The notes under the pieces are model-generated. The model saw nothing but the letters and a program-made list of their open reading frames with translations. It did no database searches and was not told where the DNA came from. Below are positions 62,247-64,000 of a stretch of 64,000 nucleotides of DNA, piece after piece (the first letter of the stretch is position 1; every line of letters begins with the position of its first letter). Origin of the DNA: Tubulanus polymorphus. Lineage: Eukaryota; Animalia; Nemertea. The stretch is taken from assembly GCF_964204645.1 (NCBI RefSeq), contig NC_134029.1, forward strand, positions 17,292,950 through 17,356,949, in the 5' to 3' direction. Made by a program: the position numbers and the translations under genes.

Positions 62247-64000
62247 ATGGAAGCAAATAAGTACTACTGTCCAACATGTAATATCAATATAGATAAATCC
62301 CAAAAAGCAAGACACAATAAAACTAAAACACATTTAGAGAATAAATTGAAACTAGAATATGAAGATGATATATTAGAAACTAAATTAGATGAATTAAAGA
62401 ATGAAAAAGAAACATACAAGTGTGATACATGTAATCAATCATTCAGTGATAAAAGATATTATAAAGAACATTTAAAATCTAAAAGCCATATTAGAAATAA
62501 GAATAATGATATTTTAGGTGAAGATTATTTTGATAAAGATAATGTTAAAAAACAGAAGACAATTAAAAGTATAAAAAATAAATTAAACAATAAAAGACCA
62601 TACATGGAAGATGTAAGAAATTATATTAATTCATTAGATAATAAAAAAGATATAGAGATAACCGAAGCATTTAAAAGTGATATTGGTCCAGCAGCTATCG
62701 AGTTTAAATGTCATAAAGGAAAAACATTAGAAGAAAATAAAAAACATTTAGAAAATATGAAAGAAATAATAAAAATAATAACTGATGTTGAATATCCTAA
62801 AATAAGTATTTCATCAAAAGTTAAATTCATAAAATCTGAAGATAAACCAATATATAATATAAATTCTCATTCACAACATATTATATCTAAACAACATGTA
62901 GATGATAAATTAGATAAATGTTATAATGAAGTAAAAACTAAAATAGAAGAGAAATATTTTGAAGGATCTGGTTTAATATTTGATGAAATAATATTTATGA
63001 CTTAACATGTTTATAACACAAAATATAATAAGTTAACTAAATCGAAACCAATTGATGAAAATAATGTATCATATTATAAAGAACCAGATATTGAAGCATC
63101 AAGTTATATTAAACTACCATTTAAAACTAATGCTGTAATAAATGTACAAAATGAAGATGATAAATGTTTTCTATGGGCTATAATAAGTTGTTTACACCCA
63201 GTTGAAGATTATAATAAACATACTTATAGATTAACAAATTATAAACAATTTGAAAATAATTATAAGATAGATAAGTATCCTGTTATAATTAAAAACATCC
63301 CAAAAATAGAAAGAGATAATAATATAAAGATAAATGTATTTGATTTAATCAAATTACCAAATACAAAAGGTAACAATATAAAAAATTATACATTAGAACC
63401 TTTATACCTATCAAAAGATTATGATTCAAACGATGTTATAGATATACTATATTATGAGAATCATTATATGTAGATTAAACAAATAGATTTATTTTTTAAA
63501 TCAGAAAATGATCACCATAAAATATATCTTTGTAGAAAATGTTTACATAGATTCAGTAATGAAAGTACATTATTAAATCATAAACAATTATGTGAAAATC
63601 ATGATTATTGTAAATTAGTTTTACCAAATGAAAAGGATAAAATATTAGAATTCAAAAAATATGATTACAAAAATAAAGTACCATTTGTAATATATGGAGA
63701 TTTTGAATCATTAAATAAAGAACTAACTGATCAAGATAGAAAAGAATTATATTATAAGAGAAAGAAATTAAATTCTAATGAAAATGATTATTCTGAAGAA
63801 CCGCCAATAACAAATACTATTAAAAAGATTCATCAATCAGCTGCTGCTTTTGGGTTATATATTAAATCTGATTATCCAGAACTAATTAAAAGTGAATATT
63901 ATAATTATAGAAATGCAAATGTTATCAATCATTTTTGTGACTTATTAATTGAATATGAAATAAGATCTAGTAAATTATTGAATACAAATATAGAAATTAT
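62247..64000 (+). pseudogene. pPolB N-terminal part (copy 3), stops at 63003 and 63471
   Basis: Same translation as 21377 onward, including GDFES. Confidence 0.9.

Larger units (their letters stand above)
61635..64000 (+). mobile_element. Polinton copy 3, left end and 5' part of pPolB (runs off the window)
   Basis: Starts AGTAATAGGG; 62247 onward is nearly identical to 21377 onward. Confidence 0.93.

Overview
Eukaryotic (invertebrate-like, spliceosomal introns) genomic DNA, rich in mobile elements. The dominant feature is a cluster of very AT-rich Polinton/Maverick (adintovirus-like) endogenous viral elements. One is near-complete (copy 1, ~20939-36510: pPolB, penton, major capsid, A32 ATPase, integrase, several membrane proteins, no visible protease). 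A second is a degraded inverted copy lacking pPolB (copy 2, ~38060-43473), a third starts at 61635 and runs off the window (copy 3), and there is a fragment at ~6060-7320. Copies 1 and 3 begin with a long fold-back palindrome whose arms co-vary between copies (copy 2 keeps a truncated one), and most viral ORFs start at a TAAATG motif. Also present: an ISL2EU-type transposon (YqaJ exonuclease plus DDE transposase), hAT remnants, RTE-X-like LINEs, several MITEs and LTR-like pieces. Host genes include two class A GPCRs plus pseudogene copies, a ninjurin, a small secreted 12-Cys protein, DEG/ENaC 5' exons and an orphan MAM exon. All calls come from reading motifs by eye, and element boundaries are approximate unless TSDs are quoted.
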